A stretch of DNA of 64,000 nucleotides from the human T2T-CHM13v2.0 reference genome, Homo sapiens. The notes beneath the pieces were generated by a model, which was given only the letters and a program-made list of their open reading frames with translations, did no database searches and was not told the origin of the DNA. The position numbers were made by a program, and so were the translations under genes. The DNA lies in assembly GCF_009914755.1 (NCBI RefSeq), contig NC_060929.1; one strand, given 5' to 3'. Of the stretch, positions 28,030 to 42,440 are shown one piece after another; position 1 is the stretch's first letter; the number at the start of each line of letters is the position of its first letter.

Positions 28030-29135
28030 TGCAACAATAAAAAAAAAACTATCCAATTAAAAGTAGGCAAAATGCCTGAAGAGATATGTCATGAAGAAGA
28101 TACTAGGTTGGTGCAAAAATAATTGTGGTTTTTGCAATTACTTTTAATGGCAAAAACCTCAATTATTTTTGCACCAACCTAATATAAAGATGTCAAACAT
28201 GATATGAAAAGATGCTCAACCTCATGTGTCATTAGGGAAGTGCAAATTAAAATGACAATGAGATACCACTACACACTTATTAGAATGGTCAAACTCCGAA
28301 ACACTGACAACGCCAAATACTGGTGAGGATGTGGAGCAACAAGAACTCTCATTGATTGCTAATAGGAATGCAAAATGATACAACTGCTTTGGAAGACAGT
28401 TTTGTGGTTTCTTACAAAACTAAAATACTATTACCATATGATCCAGCAATAGTGCTTCTTGGTATTTATCCAGATTAGCTGAAAACTTATGTCCTCACAG
28501 AACCTACACACCAATGTTTATAGAAGCTTTATTTATAACTGCCAGTAATTAAAAGAAATCAAGACGTCCTTCAACAAGTAAATGAATAGTGTGGTACATT
28601 CTAACAATGAAATATTATTCAATGCTGAAATAAAATGAGCTATCAAGCCATACACACACAAAAAATGGAATAAAGTAAAATGCATATTACAAAGTAAAGA
28701 AATCAATCTGACTTCAATTACATGACATTCTGGAAAAAGCAAAACTATACAGACAGTAAAAAATTAGTAGTTACCAGGGACTAGGGGTTGGAGGAGATGG
28801 GGCAGGGTGAATAGGTGGAGTACAGGGGATTTTTAAGGCAATGAAAATATTCTGTATCCTATTTTAATGGTGGATACATGACATTATGCATTTGTCAAAA
28901 TGTATAAAATGATAAAACACAAAAAATGAACCCTAATGTAAACTATATTCTTTAATAATAATATATTAACATTGGTTCATCAGTTGTAAGAAATGCACCA
29001 CACTAATGCAAGATGCTAAAAATAGAGAAAACTAGTGTTAGTATTGGAGGGTTGGGAGTAAATGGGAACTATCTGTATTTTCCACTCATTTTTTTTGTAA
29101 GCCTGAAACTGTTCTAAAAATAAAGTCTATTAATA
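28030..29135 (+). mobile_element. L1MC1/2-like 3' end, interrupted by MADE1
   Basis: ggtggatacatgacattatgcatttgtcaaaa, gaaccctaatgtaaacta, ctaaaaataaagtctatt. Confidence 0.82.
28103..28182. mobile_element. MADE1 (Hsmar1-derived 80-bp MITE)
   Basis: Palindromic taggttggtgcaaaa...ttttgcaccaacctaa, 80 bp, TA duplication at 28101-28102 and 28183-28184. Confidence 0.95.
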
Positions 29136-30017
29136 ACAGATTTTTTAAAAGACCAGGGCTTGAAAAATTATAATGGGGCATAATTAGGAGACTTCTCCTC
29201 CCACTTTTGAGGATCACATAAATGTTCCAGATGCTAGTGGAAAGGGAAGGGGCCCAGCAACAATAAACATTCACTTTCTTACACATCTCTCACAATAAAG
29301 GCTTTACCAGATTCAACTGTGCAGAAAGAAAAGACATGTAAACTCTTTTGAGTTTATGATACATTCATACCTACTACCGATGAGTTTAGATTTTCCATCC
29401 CTTTTGTCATTTATTCTTGGACATTGGGGTTTTCATATGTATTTTTATAGTATTTTAAAAGTACTCTTTCTGATTCATTTATTTTTTAATATATTATTGG
29501 TTATTTCCACTTTTTATTTATAATTGTGTAAATGTATACTTTCTCTTTTTTCTGGAATAGAGAAGCCATTTTATTTTCCTTTTAAAGCAATATAATACCT
29601 TGGGTTTATTTATTTTACTATTTTCTTTTTAAATTTAATCCATGTTTTCTTTTATTATTTGCTCTCCTATGCTTTTCTTAATACACGTGAGTTTAATATT
29701 TAAATCATTGAATATTATTTTTTCTTTGGTAATATACATGTCTAATACTAAATATTTTCTTTTGAGCTCAAGGAGTGTGATATTTATTATTTTCTTTTGC
29801 CAATATTTTCTAGTTATACTATAAATTCTGTTTTATTTTTTATTTGATTTAGAAGTTATTTAAAAACATTTTTGTGGTTAATTTCCTCAGTAACATTCTG
29901 GTCTCTATGTTATTTTCTACTTTTGATGCATAATACACTGAAAAAATGTTTCATATAATTTCTATTTTGTGGGGAAAGGCCACTTAAAATGTTCACTGTT
30001 ATCAGAATATAGATTTT

Positions 30018-30430
30018 GGAGAGGACGCAAGGTAAGATGACCATATGGAAGCCTCCACTGATCGTCCTCCCTGCAGGAACACCACATTTAACAACAATCC
30101 ACAAAAAAAACAAAACAACAACAACAAAAAAAACAACTTCACGAGAACCAAAAATCAGGTGAGTGATCACAGTGCCTGTTTTTAATTTCATAGCACTGAA
30201 AGAGGCACTAGAGAGAGTAGGAAAGAAAGTCTTGGATTGCCAACATCAACCCTCCCTCATCCCCTGGCAGCAGCCATGTGGCATGGAGAGAGAATCCGTG
30301 AATGTGAAGGAGGCAGAGCACAGTGATTGTACAACTTTGCATTGTAACTCAGTGCTGCCCTGTTACAGCGGAAACCAGCACTTGTGGAACTCATCCAGTG
30401 CCCATGGAGGGAGCTTTTAGACCAGTCCTG
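30018..30430 (+). mobile_element. Isolated L1MA/L1PB-type 5'UTR fragment
   Basis: aagatgacc...gaagcctccactgatcgtcc...gaaccaaaaatcaggtgag; homologous to the reverse complement of 63740-63944. Confidence 0.8.
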
Positions 30431-31204
30431 ACATATTTTTGCTCTTTGTTTTCTTGGCTTTTTATTCTCCCTTTTTATTGTATTTTGTTGTTTTATCATC
30501 TCATTTTTGATGTACACTTTATTAAATTCACATTTTCTATCAGTTTTCTTTAGAAAAATAACTATAGGGATGGTTTTTCTTTCTCTGAGATTAAATTGTC
30601 TTGTTTTGCTTTGCTGTACTTTCCTTTCCTTTGTTTTTGCAGAATTGATTTTCTTTCATTCTTTGTTTCTTTTTTTTGGTTTTTGCTGTAATATTTTGCA
30701 TACGGTCATGCTGTTTCTTTTTCAAGTTATTCATATGTAAATTAAATAGCCCTGTCAAAACTTTGATTTGCTTTGATATAATATGGGTCAATTCTTCCAG
30801 ACAATTTTAGTTTTAGAAAGATACATCACAATTATCTATGTCAGAAACCCATGCATCTTTGGAACTCAAAAGACCTATAGAGCTAACGTTTTAAAAAACT
30901 CAAGCCCAAGAAAGCAAATGTCACACTACTCTGGATGGCTGAGCTGAAACAAATACTATGTCTGCTGACTGTAATACAATTTTCCCTTTAGGTTAGGTCT
31001 ATACTTCATTGGATTAAGTCCTGCCATCAGTTGTTTAATTTTGATGTCTCCAGCTGTGACACTTTCTTAACATTGTGACACTATCTCAACATGCTGAGAG
31101 GTGAATTGTACAAAATTTTGCTTGTCTAAAAGAAGACATTGTTCTCAGGTGATGTGTTGATCAATTCAATCCCTGAGCCTTAATTTTCCTGTGCCTAACA
31201 TCAT

Positions 31205-31256
31205 CTATCTGAATCCAAACCAGACTTACCTGTCTGAATCCAAACCAAACCAGACC
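31205..31256. repeat. Short tandem duplication of tctgaatccaaaccagac
   Basis: Copies at 31208 and 31233; the second has an extra caaac. Confidence 0.75.
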
Positions 31257-31429
31257 TATAAAATGACATGCATTTCAAGTAAATCTTTTACAACTCTGAT
31301 CAATCATTAAAAAAAAAAAACTTACTCAAACCCAACTGCCTTCTTGCCCATGTTTGGCTCTTGGATACCCTGATTATTTCTCCCATTTGTTTGACATTTA
31401 CTTAAGGAGTGATGATATTAATAAAATTT

Positions 31430-31665
31430 ATTATGATAGACTTCATTTATTGAGCACTTGCTACATGTCAAGAACCGGCTGTATATTTTACAAGTATTAT
31501 TTCATTTAATATTCATGATAACTCCAAAAGTATAGTTACCACTTTACAGAAGAGAAAATTGTGATTCAGAGAGTGTAAATACATTTTATAAAGGCATCTG
31601 CTAGAAAGTGTTGGAGCTGGAATTCAAGTATGCATGTGTGTATTCCTAGCCACAATGCTACTGGC
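31430..31665 (-). mobile_element. MIR
   Basis: catttattgagcacttgct...actttacagaagagaaaattgtgattcagaga...gagctggaattcaa. Confidence 0.7.
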
Positions 31666-32244
31666 TTCTATGTAATTATATATGGAAATAAGGTCTGTTG
31701 ACCTATATGTAGGAGGGTTATTTCATATATCTCTATATTATTCTCATTGAAATTCTCCTTCCCTCTTTCTTTTTCTCTTTGTGGTCAAAAGACTGTGAAC
31801 AGTCCTTCAAACACTTCAAATTAATCAACTTATCAGCAGCCCTTGTATTTTTACATGAAATCCAGGTAGTGCCTTTCTCAGCTGCCCACAAATCTCTACT
31901 TATTTTCCATTGTCCACAGCTCAATCTCCAAACTTAAGGCATCATCCTCCAGCCAATATCATTTCTCATTATTCTTTAATATGAAGATTTCTTTCTGTCA
32001 GAGTCTCCTCAGTTATCCTAAACACACCCCACACAATTTCACCGGAAAACCTTTGCCCATGTTCTTTCTCCAGACTGGAAACTCCATTTTTCCCTCTCCT
32101 CTCAAAATGTTCAGTATATTTATCTTTCAATTCAGATATCTATTCATATTTATTGCTCATAAAAATTTTCTGACTACTTGACTTCTTAAAATGTTTAAGA
32201 TTCACTTTTGTTTTAATACAAATAAATGGAATGTCTATAAAAGA

Positions 32245-32410
32245 ATTACAGGATTTTGGAGCCAAAAAGACCTTAGAAATTATTTTGTCCAATATCTTCA
32301 TTTTATGGATGAGGAAATGAGGCTTAACGATGTTAATTGATTTATTCAGGTTTGCATAGATAATTTTTATCATAGTAATAAACTTGGGATCCAGACCCTA
32401 AATTCTTTTA
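32245..32410 (-). mobile_element. MIR/MIR3
   Basis: cattttatggatgaggaaatgaggctta core. Confidence 0.6.
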
Positions 32411-33319
32411 ATTTTAAGTAAAAGAAATACCTTGAAATCTATTTACCTTAAAATCCACAAACCATCTTACATTTAAAAAAGATTTTAATATTGTTTACTA
32501 TTTTGTATTGGTACTGCATGAATGGACTGCCTAATAGCTAATGTTTGTCAAAAGAATAACCAGATGAGTTAATGCACAGATGAATATATGAGTGCAGAAA
32601 CTCCACGTACTTCGTGAAGGTATGTGATCATCTTGAGACTTTTAATAACTATTTTCTTTCAATGTGTGTCCTTATAAATATAATCTCTGCATAAACCACT
32701 TTTTACTCCAAATGTTATATGTATAATGTGTACACTATACATTTAATGAAAACTTAATATTCTTTAAAATGCCTTATTATATTTGCATTTCTCAGGAAAC
32801 AACAAATTTTAGATAAGTTCAAAAATTATGATTTCACTAACAACTTCAAGTTCTTCAAACCTAACACAACGGTTCTTTTTCTAAGTAAATATCCAACTAC
32901 CCTGTCATTTATGTTTTCCCCTTTCTTACTTTTACTTCCAGCTTGGTGATGGTTACCTTCAAATGAAACAATAGCTACCAAGTGTCCTAGATAATAAAGT
33001 CATTGATTCTTGCTGACTTCCTGGCAGTCTAGGAGGCCCAGATGTATTCCATGTTGAGGTTTTACCTTTCATTTGAGACAAGACATTTGTTAGATTGATG
33101 GGATTACTATAATTGTACTCATTAACACCATCAACACTGTTCACAGATTTAAATGTTACAGGTGGAAGGTAGGACAGCCATTGGAATATGGAGGGCCTTG
33201 CTCCTTATAATACAGCACTATGGTACGATCTTTCTATACACTGTACCATGAGGGTTTCATTTTGTCGGTGGAAGTTATGATTACACTTTAATACTGCCTC
33301 TTGAAAAAACCAGAAGGCA

Positions 33320-33560
33320 GTAGAGCAGCACGGTAGTTAAGGATACGAACCTTGCACTCTGATAGATCTGGATTTAGTCCTGGCTTTTTCACTTCCTGTT
33401 GGCAATTCCTTGAGCAAACTTTAAGCTTCCATTTTATCATTTGTAAAATGAAGATAATTAAGAGTCCTTGCCTCTTAGGGAAGCTGTGAAGAATAAATGA
33501 AATGATGCATGTAAGATGCTTAGTGCACTGACCTATTCCCAGTAAGCACTAATTAATAAT
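33320..33560 (+). mobile_element. MIR
   Basis: gtagttaagg...catttgtaaaatgaagataat...aaatgaaatgatgcatgtaag. Confidence 0.75.
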
Positions 33561-34239
33561 AATCAAATCATTGTGGCTACAGAAAAGGACCCATTTCATT
33601 ATCCTACAGTAATTCTTTCCTCAGACTTTAAAGGCATGGCTTCTATGAAATGTTAAGCTCCTGCCATTGAGATCAACCAAGCACTAGATTGTCTACCTCC
33701 ACTGAATTGAAGAGAGGTCCATAAGTATGAGCATCTCTCCAGCTAAGAGTAATATCCTGCACTGTCTTCAGATTCCCCGACGGGATAGCAGGTTTTTCAA
33801 AACAAATATTTAGACAAATGAGTTGATGTACAAAATGTCCTACAATGCAGTCTGAGAACTGCACTTAGCTTACATTGCTTGCCATCCAAGGAGACCAATT
33901 ATTTAAACCAAATTTTGGTCAGTTCAGAGGCATCGTGGCAAGGTGTATTTCTTCTGAGAGTGCTGTGCGCATATCTCTGCTAGGACTGAGAATGTGCTTC
34001 ATAAATGCTGATTTACTAAGATTATAAAAGACGGATTCCAGTTATAGTATTTTAATACTCCCTAGATAATTTCCAGGATGCTGTTTTTTTTTATACTGAC
34101 TTTGCCAATATGATAGAGGCTTCCAAGGACATATAATCAAGGAAAGAGGTCTTCACGGACAGATAGAGCACATGGTTCAAATTCTGTAGGGTGTGATTTC
34201 CAATATGCAGAACTCCCTTGCCCCACACCTTAAAATGGT

Positions 34240-34490
34240 GACGTAGTATGGCAGTGGGAGCATGACCTCAGAACCAGCCTACCTGGGTTCAAATTCTGTC
34301 TTTGCCACTTGCCAGCCTATTACTTCAGCAAGTCATTTAGCACCTCTGTGCCTTAGATTTTTTATTTCCAAAATAGAAATAATTGTAGCTATGTTAATAG
34401 AATTATTGAAAGAAACAAATGAGTTAATACACATAAAATGCTTACATTATTGCATATAATGTAGTAAGTACTATATGTAGTTCATTGCTA
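34240..34490 (+). mobile_element. MIR
   Basis: cctgggttcaaattctgtctttgccactt...aagtcatttagcacctctgtgcct. Confidence 0.78.
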
Positions 34491-35156
34491 ATATTATTTA
34501 ACAGTAATAAGTTCATAATGCTGACCATAAGATACTAAAACAGGTAATCAGCTTTCTGAATGATTAAAAGAGCACTAAGTGATAGTTATAATCATAGCTG
34601 AAAGAATTTATTTGCCTCATTTTGTGCCTGTAGTATACTCTGTACCTTATTGTATTCTATTTCCTTATAAACCAACCATTCATGCAGCTTTTATATTAAT
34701 TAAACTCAGTTAATCCAATACCCTATTCAACCATTAGGATAACTCTTTGTTTCACATAATTAGTATTTTTGGGTATATTAAGACAGATGATAATTTCACA
34801 CTAAATGGTAAATTTTAGATGCTCTTCAGCTACTGGATAATAGAGTTAGATGATACAAATAAACAAAATACATTTTACAAGTTATGTGCTTAATCCAGAT
34901 AACAACATAGGTTGGCTGTGGAAATAAAAATGCAATGTTATTATTCCAGTTTCCATATTAGTGCTGGCTCCCTTGTGCCCATTTAGTGAAGTTCAAGGAA
35001 AATATTAAATCCATTTGTTTGCTTAAAATGTCTAATATGAGTGCTCAGTCTTGCAAGCAAAATATTCTATAAATATATGCACTCCATATAAGAAAATTTG
35101 GAAGTTAACATCCATATTTTGACTAACAGGTTTCTTAGTTGTAGTAGAAAGACATT

Positions 35157-35203
35157 GAAAAAGTAAATTTAAAAAGGAAAAAGTAAATTTAAAAAGGAAA
35201 AAG
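35157..35203. repeat. 20-bp perfect tandem duplication
   Basis: gaaaaagtaaatttaaaaag twice. Confidence 0.85.
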
Positions 35204-35592
35204 CTCCCCTCAGAGGGAAGGTTGCATGACACAATAGTGAATACAACAGGAAGAAGGCTGTGTGACTTAGTATCTTTTGCATTCTGTGCGCCAACCAGGT
35301 CATTTCCCCCAAAATATCAACTATGTGATCAATAAGCCTTATGTCTTTTTTCAGTACTGTGACTAGATAGGACTACTAGCTCTCTCATTTGGTTGATCAA
35401 TTGATCTATTGGTAAATAGTCAGGTGAAAGGGACCCAATCTACAATAATACCCAACTTTTCTGAAGGTTAGTCTTTTTCTAGGCTCAAATTTTTCCAGTC
35501 CAGAAAAGAGAACTCCTCACAGCCTTGGAAAGACTTACCTTTAGCCATTATAAAGGTGACAGGTTCTTACTCCAATTTGACAAACTTAGTTG

Positions 35593-36059
35593 CTATAGTG
35601 GGTTGAATAGTACAGCCACAAATTCATGTCTTCCCAGAATCTATGAATGTGGCCTTATTTGGAAACAGAATCTTTGAGATGTCATCAAGTTAAGAAGAGG
35701 TTACACTGGATTCAGGCAGGCCCTAAATCCATTATGACCTGTGTATTTGTAAGAAAAATTCAGACACAGAGATTCAGACACACAGAAACATTGTTATGTG
35801 GTGGCAGAGGCAGATATTGTAGTGATGCATTTCCATGCCGGGAAATGCTAAGGATGGCTGTTAATAACCAGAAGCTGGGAGACAGGCATGGAGCAGATTC
35901 CCACTCTGGATGCCCAAGAAAGAATCAACCCTGCTATCCTCCTGACTTTAGACTTCTAGACTCCTGAACTGTGAAAGAACATCTTTGTATTGCCTTAAAT
36001 CACCCAGTTTGTGGTAGTTTGTTATGGTAACAATAGGAAATAATATAGTAACTAATATA
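35593..36059 (+). mobile_element. MLT1B/C solo LTR
   Basis: gaatgtggccttatttggaaac...ctcctgaactgtgaaagaa...cccagtttgtggtagtttgttatgg. Confidence 0.85.
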
Positions 36060-36528
36060 GATGCTTAGTAACCATTTTCCCATCCCAAAATTGACTAAGG
36101 AAGCTAATAAGAAGGGGTAGAAAAGTGGATTTCGAAATAGCCTTTAATGTTCAATAGGTGTTCCACTTCAGCACAAATGGAAATTTCCTTCCTGGTTCTT
36201 GTGACTGCTCTAGTATTTATTTACAAATTGATATGAGAACTTTTGCTTTTGATGGATGGAAGGATCCAATCAAGGCAAAGTTATGCAGGGAGAAAGGAGA
36301 GGTGGACAATAGAAGGGAATGACATGGAAATTCTCCTCATCTCCTGGTCTGCTGGATTGTCCTTTAAAAGCAGAACTCAAGTTATTGTTTAATAAGCAAT
36401 TTCATGAAACACTCGTGCTTTAAGGACCAGTAAAGCAAAAATCAAGGTGGAGGAAAATTTCTTCTTTCACAATTTGCTCTGTAGATCTTGTCCTATAGTT
36501 GTTGTGAGGACAATAGTGAATTAATGTA

Positions 36529-36822
36529 AGCCAGGCATGGTGGTTCATGCCTGTAATCCCAGAACTTTGGGAGGCTGAGGCAGGCAGCACTTGAGGTCAA
36601 GAGTTCAAGACCTTCCTGGCCAACATGGTGAAACCCTGTCTCTACTAAAAATTCAAAAATTAGCTGGGCATTTTGGCGGGCACCTGTAATCCCAGCTACT
36701 TAGGAGTCTGAGGGAGGAGAATCACTTGATCCCAGGAGGTAGAGGTTGAAGTGGGCCGAGATCACGCCACTGCACTCCAGCCTGGGCCATAGAAGGAGAC
36801 TCTGTCTCAAAAAAAAAAAAAA
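36529..36822 (+). mobile_element. AluS (Sx/Sz-like), inserted in a MIR 3' remnant
   Basis: Full dimer with poly-A; TSD agtgaattaat on both sides; MIR phrases in both flanks. Confidence 0.93.
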
Positions 36823-38167
36823 GTGAATTAATATATGTTAAGTGCTTAGAACACGTCTGACATATAGTAAGTATAGTGTTTTCTATAATTATAAAAAGGG
36901 AAGAACATAAACAGATCTATTTCTAAGCACAAAAAAGACTTCCTTGGGGACACCCCAAAACAACTGGGAGAATTGCTGCTCATATATCTGTAACTACAGA
37001 CAAGCCTAAGGAATTTGTCTTACTAATTCATATTCATTAATTTAATGAATATGTGTTGAATACCTTCTAAATGGATAAACTCAATGAAGGGAGAAATCAT
37101 TTAGGCACTGCTACCCCGGTGACAGAGCAGACAGTAAGTGGTGACTGACTGAGTGTTCCTTGTACAGCACTGAGTGCCAAGAATACTCGGGGGAACAAGA
37201 CATCATTGTCTCACAATCAGCAGAGCCAAGAGGTGCAGGTTAGAATGATGAACTTGATCTACATGGAATGTTCTTAACAAAGTTTTAATTTTTTCCCAAT
37301 GTGGCCAAAATAAATAGTTTTGACTAATTACCTGGAAAACTAACTGGTGTGGAATAGTTTATTTCTTCCAAACTTTCAGATAAATTATATGAGAATGAAA
37401 TTAGGAGGAAGAACAGAAAAATCAGTCATTTCAAGCAACTGCATGGAAAAGAATGTATTTCCTTTGAAAACTCTGGGAATGTAAATTCTTAACCATTTAT
37501 GGGGATTTTAGTAAATGCAGGCAAGGCATTTCATTCTTACAGCTTTCTTTGAAGACAGAAATACATAATAGCCTACTCCGTAACAACATTTCAGTAGTCT
37601 TTGAGATTTATTTTTTCTATAACTTGTAGAAGAAATAGGATCATTTCCGAAGCAGTATGACTAGGAATATTACTTTGAAAAAGTCCAATAACCATTTCTG
37701 ATCTTTTTCAAACAGAAAAAGTAGAAAACGTCACCTAGTGTACTATCCTTTAGGCTTTTGGTTGAACTCAAGCTATTCTGGAAAAGTCTTGCTTATCCCC
37801 CAACCTTGTAAATATTTAGTGTTTCCAGTTTCCCATAATGTAAATGCAGCATTACAAACAGCATGACAACTGTGTATACAACAAATTTTGACAGGACTGC
37901 TGAAGATAGAAGTACAATTCTTTGAAGACAAATGAAGTCCCTTATAGAGTTTTAATGATAAATAGAAGGGTACTTAGTCTTCCAACTCCCATGTCAATCC
38001 GTGATAAATTTTCCTCCAAGCTTACCATAAAACGGCCAGGTTCTGAGGTCTGGGAAGGGCGTACTCAGTGCCAAACCTTATCTTAAAGAAGGGAAGTCCA
38101 ATGTCATAGTGCAGAGTGTGATTCAAACTGATTTCTCTGTCTGTTTCATAATGGAGATATAATCTTA

Positions 38168-38480
38168 GGCCTGGTGCAGTGGCTCACCCCTGTAATCTCA
38201 GTACTTCGGGAGGCCAAAGTGGGCAGATCGCTTGAGCTCAGGAGTTCAAGACCAGCCTAGGCAACATGACGAAACCCTGTCTCTACTAAAAATACAAAAA
38301 TAAGCTGGTGATGGTGGCAGGTGCCTGTAGTCTCAGCTATTTGGGAGGTTGTGGCAGGAGCATTGCTTGAGACTGGGAGGCAGAGGGTGCAGTGAACCAA
38401 GACTGCGTTACTGCATTTCAGCCTGGGCAACACAGCCACACCCTGTCTCAATAATAATAATAATTATAATAATAATAATA
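38168..38480 (+). mobile_element. Alu (Jb/Sz-like) with (TAA)n tail
   Basis: Full dimer; TSD-like atataatctt on both sides. Confidence 0.92.
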
Positions 38481-39548
38481 GATATATAATCTTGTTAAGA
38501 ATATATGTTACTATACTGAAGCAATGCAGTGCAATGTACCTCAACATTGCTCAGAATTCAGAGGGTCATCATATAGTTCCAAATGAAAAACCTTAATTGC
38601 AACAGAGAGAAAAAAGATGTTAAGCGTCTAGCATTGTTGCCTAACTAAAGTACTTGGTATATATTGTTCCTTTTCTTCTTTTTCTCTTTTGTCTAACTTA
38701 CAAAACATGAATATTTATTTCCAAGCTTTTTTAAAAAAAACTTTTTAATTCTGTTTTGTATCTGAGAAGTAAAGAGATGGTGAAGTGAGCACAATTGTAA
38801 GTAATACTGGATAATTACTTTGGAGGAGATTGCTAGGTAGTGAGACAAGTGGATAATATCATAAGTGCTAGGGCTGAGTATGAAGTTCCGTGGGAACACA
38901 AAGGAGGAAATAGCTATGAATCTTAAGAATAGATTGTTATTTAAACTAAATTCTTTCATGGAAAAAAATAGCCTTTTAACACATTATCTCTTACAGAAAA
39001 CCAATTAATAAAAACAAAACAAAATGAACATTTTCCCTTTTGTTGGTTTCCCTTAATTCTACTGACATTTCTGTAAACAGACATTTTATTAAATTATCTG
39101 CAATTACCCTGTTTAGGTGTGCCATCTGTTTTCTACCAGGACTCTGGTTCATTCTCCATTTTTTCTTCCTTTAGTTCAATTCTATTTTAGGAAGTTGGAG
39201 GGTGCTCACTATATCTATATATGATATACCTGTCATATATAACATATATCTTAAAGTTTTATGAACTGACAGTGGTCAACATTCACCGTTGATAAGATAT
39301 GAAGAGTGAAGTAGGGAACAGAGAAAATATCTGATTTCTAATTCAAGTTTTTGTTAAACATCAATACTTTATAGAGAAATGCAGCATGACCACAATTAAT
39401 TTCTATATTTTCCACAAATTTAGTGGGATCACCTGCTGATCTTGCTTTCCTTTTTGTTCCCCATTTGTGAACAATCCAATATCACCTCTTTGGCCAAGCT
39501 GGAGGGTTTAGATGAAGGCCTAGTGCTGACTGTGACTGAATACAGTAC

Positions 39549-39926
39549 TGTGTTAGTCCATTCTCACACTGCTGTAACTACCTGATACTGGGCAATTTAT
39601 GAAGAAAAGAGGTATAATTCACTCATGGTTCCACAGGTTTAACAGGAAGCATGACTGGGAGGCCTCAGGAGCCTACAATCATGATGGAAGGGTGAAGGGG
39701 AAGCAATCATCTTCTTCACATGGCAGCAGAATAGAGACAGTAAATGGGGAAGTGCCACACACTTTTAAACCATCAGATCTCATGAGAACTCACTCACTAT
39801 CACACGAACAGCAATGGGGAAATCTGCTCCTATGATCCAGTCACATTCCATCAGGTCTCTCCCCCAACATTGGGAATTATAATTCAACATGAGATTTGGG
39901 TGGGGACACAGAGCCAAACCATATCA
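39549..39926 (-). mobile_element. MSTA solo LTR
   Basis: tgtgttagtcc...gagatttgggtggggacacagagccaaaccatatca; 5-bp TSD agtac/agcac. Confidence 0.9.
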
Positions 39927-40289
39927 AGCACATTATGAGAAAAAAGAGTACTGGTAAAGTCCAGGATGCCTCTGGCCCTGGGAGGAAGAAAAACATCTTG
40001 GGAAATAGAAAAATAAAAGGCAGTGGCATGCAAATCTCACTTATCCATTCAGGAGGCATGTTGTTTTTCTGAAATGAATATTCAGAATGCTTCAAAAGGC
40101 CTGCCAAGATGAACTCATTTGATGATAGCTATCTACTTCCCTTGATTCACATGGGACTTAGTAATATAAGAAGGGCAGAAAGAAGGAAGTCCCTTCTGCA
40201 CTGGGAAATTTTGGGCAGAAAAGTGAGGGTCTCCTGGGTACACAAGTGCTGTGTTTTACTCTTTCTTCCAATCAAAGAATGAATCTACT

Positions 40290-40555
40290 TCATAGTTATT
40301 ATAATCTTTAACAATGATTGAGGATCATAGTGTATGTTTGGAGTTAGAGCAATTGCTTTAAATATATTGCCTCATCATCCACCACACTCCATTTATGAAA
40401 TAGAAACTCTGATTATCCCCTTTCTACATGAGGAACCTAAAAGACCTCGTGTTTAAGTATATTATATGAAGCTGGACTGAGTATGCAGAGAATCCAGGAT
40501 TTAAATCCAGCCACCTTGATTCCAAAATTATGCTCCTAACCAGTATGCTATAGTA
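40290..40555 (-). mobile_element. MIR
   Basis: attatcccctttctacatgaggaacct...ccaggatttaaatccag...tgctcctaaccagtatgcta. Confidence 0.65.
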
Positions 40556-41536
40556 CTCCCAAAAAGTAAGAAGATCTATGAAGGGACAAGCCAGAGGATA
40601 AAACTCAATAGAATTTAGGGAATTTATAACTATGCCTATATTAGCAAAAAGAAGTCTAGTTGATTCATATTTTAAGGATGCATATATGACTTAAAGCCTA
40701 GTTGTTAGAAAAGTGTTAGCTAATATATTGTCACTAAATTTATTGCACTACACTCTGGGATTATTCAAACAGCCCACAGAAAACAAAATGGGCAATCATA
40801 ACACTAATCTGATAGTATTTTCATTTAAAAATTTTAATTACTAAAATATTAGTCTTTTGTCAACTGCAAGAACAACGATTTATCTTCTCACTCAGAATAA
40901 TGTAGCATCACAATAGCATTTTTTCCTGTTCAGAAACTCCAGGAATTCACCCTGTGCAAAAATGTGATCTTGCCCAAAATATGAGTTTAATTTGAAAACT
41001 TCTGATCTCTCTTTCTAAAGAGAGGGATGACTACTGTCTTAGCTTTATACATTCATAAAATTTAATTCCCATAGAATTGTGTCTCATTTTCTTGTAAGAC
41101 CTTGAGAAAGCATTAACTTATATGATCACTTCTCAGTTAGCTCCCCAGGAGGCATCTGATTTCTCCTGATTTTGACAAATGCTCTTATGACTTAAAAATC
41201 AGATATTATGACCAACATCTTCTAAAACATGAAAAAGAAGCATAAGGTAGAGGACATTATATGAGAAGATGAATATGTGAAAGCATTGACATATTTGGAA
41301 GTCATGGATCCTGAGAAATATACATGCTGCACTACAGGATAGGAGAAATAAATATAATTCATTGGAATATCAGTCATAACAGAGTAGAAAACAAGATATT
41401 ATTACTATTATTATGTATTATATAGAGTTGACTGGCTAAAATAAAATAGAAATATGACAAATGAAGGTGTACATTATTCAAAATAATTGTCTATTAGAAA
41501 TAAAGATGAAATAGCACTATATGTCAAGAAGATATT

Positions 41537-41904
<368 letters not shown>

Positions 41905-42209
41905 TCAACCCCCTCCAACATCCAAAAATTAAGAACAAAAAATAAAAATATCACCAATGCCACTATCATATATTCATTTATGTCCTAAAAGATGACATAC
42001 ACATTCACATAAACCTCTATATTTGACAAAAATGAAAGTAGTTTAATAGAGAAAAAACAAGAGGCCCAAAAAGGAAACTGCTGTCAGAGGTGGCTAGCTA
42101 CTGCTTAATTGAAGAAACTGGATATGAAAGCTGACAGATCACAAGCTGGTTGAAGCAAGATACAGTATTAATGGAAATAGCCATAGAATCACTAATAGAA
42201 ATGTAACAA

Positions 42210-42440
42210 CAGCAATAATAATAGCTGCCATTTATTACAGTCTAACCCTGAGCTAGGCACCACGCAAAGTGAATATCTCTTCTAATGAATTATCTCTAGT
42301 AATCCCATGTATCTATAAGCTAGATACTATTATTTCCCTCAGTTTACAGATGAGAAACTAAGTCTCTGAGATACTAGGTAATTTGCCACTGCATGCACAG
42401 CAAGCCCTTTAAGGACTCCAAATCCTGATATTTAGAAGCA
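42210..42440 (-). mobile_element. MIR
   Basis: aatagctgccatttatt...cagtttacagatgagaaactaag. Confidence 0.7.

Noticed and set aside
32959-33864. Non-repeat ORFs 32959-33144 and 33673-33864
   Set aside because: Short, with no recognisable domain and no consistent splice-site chain
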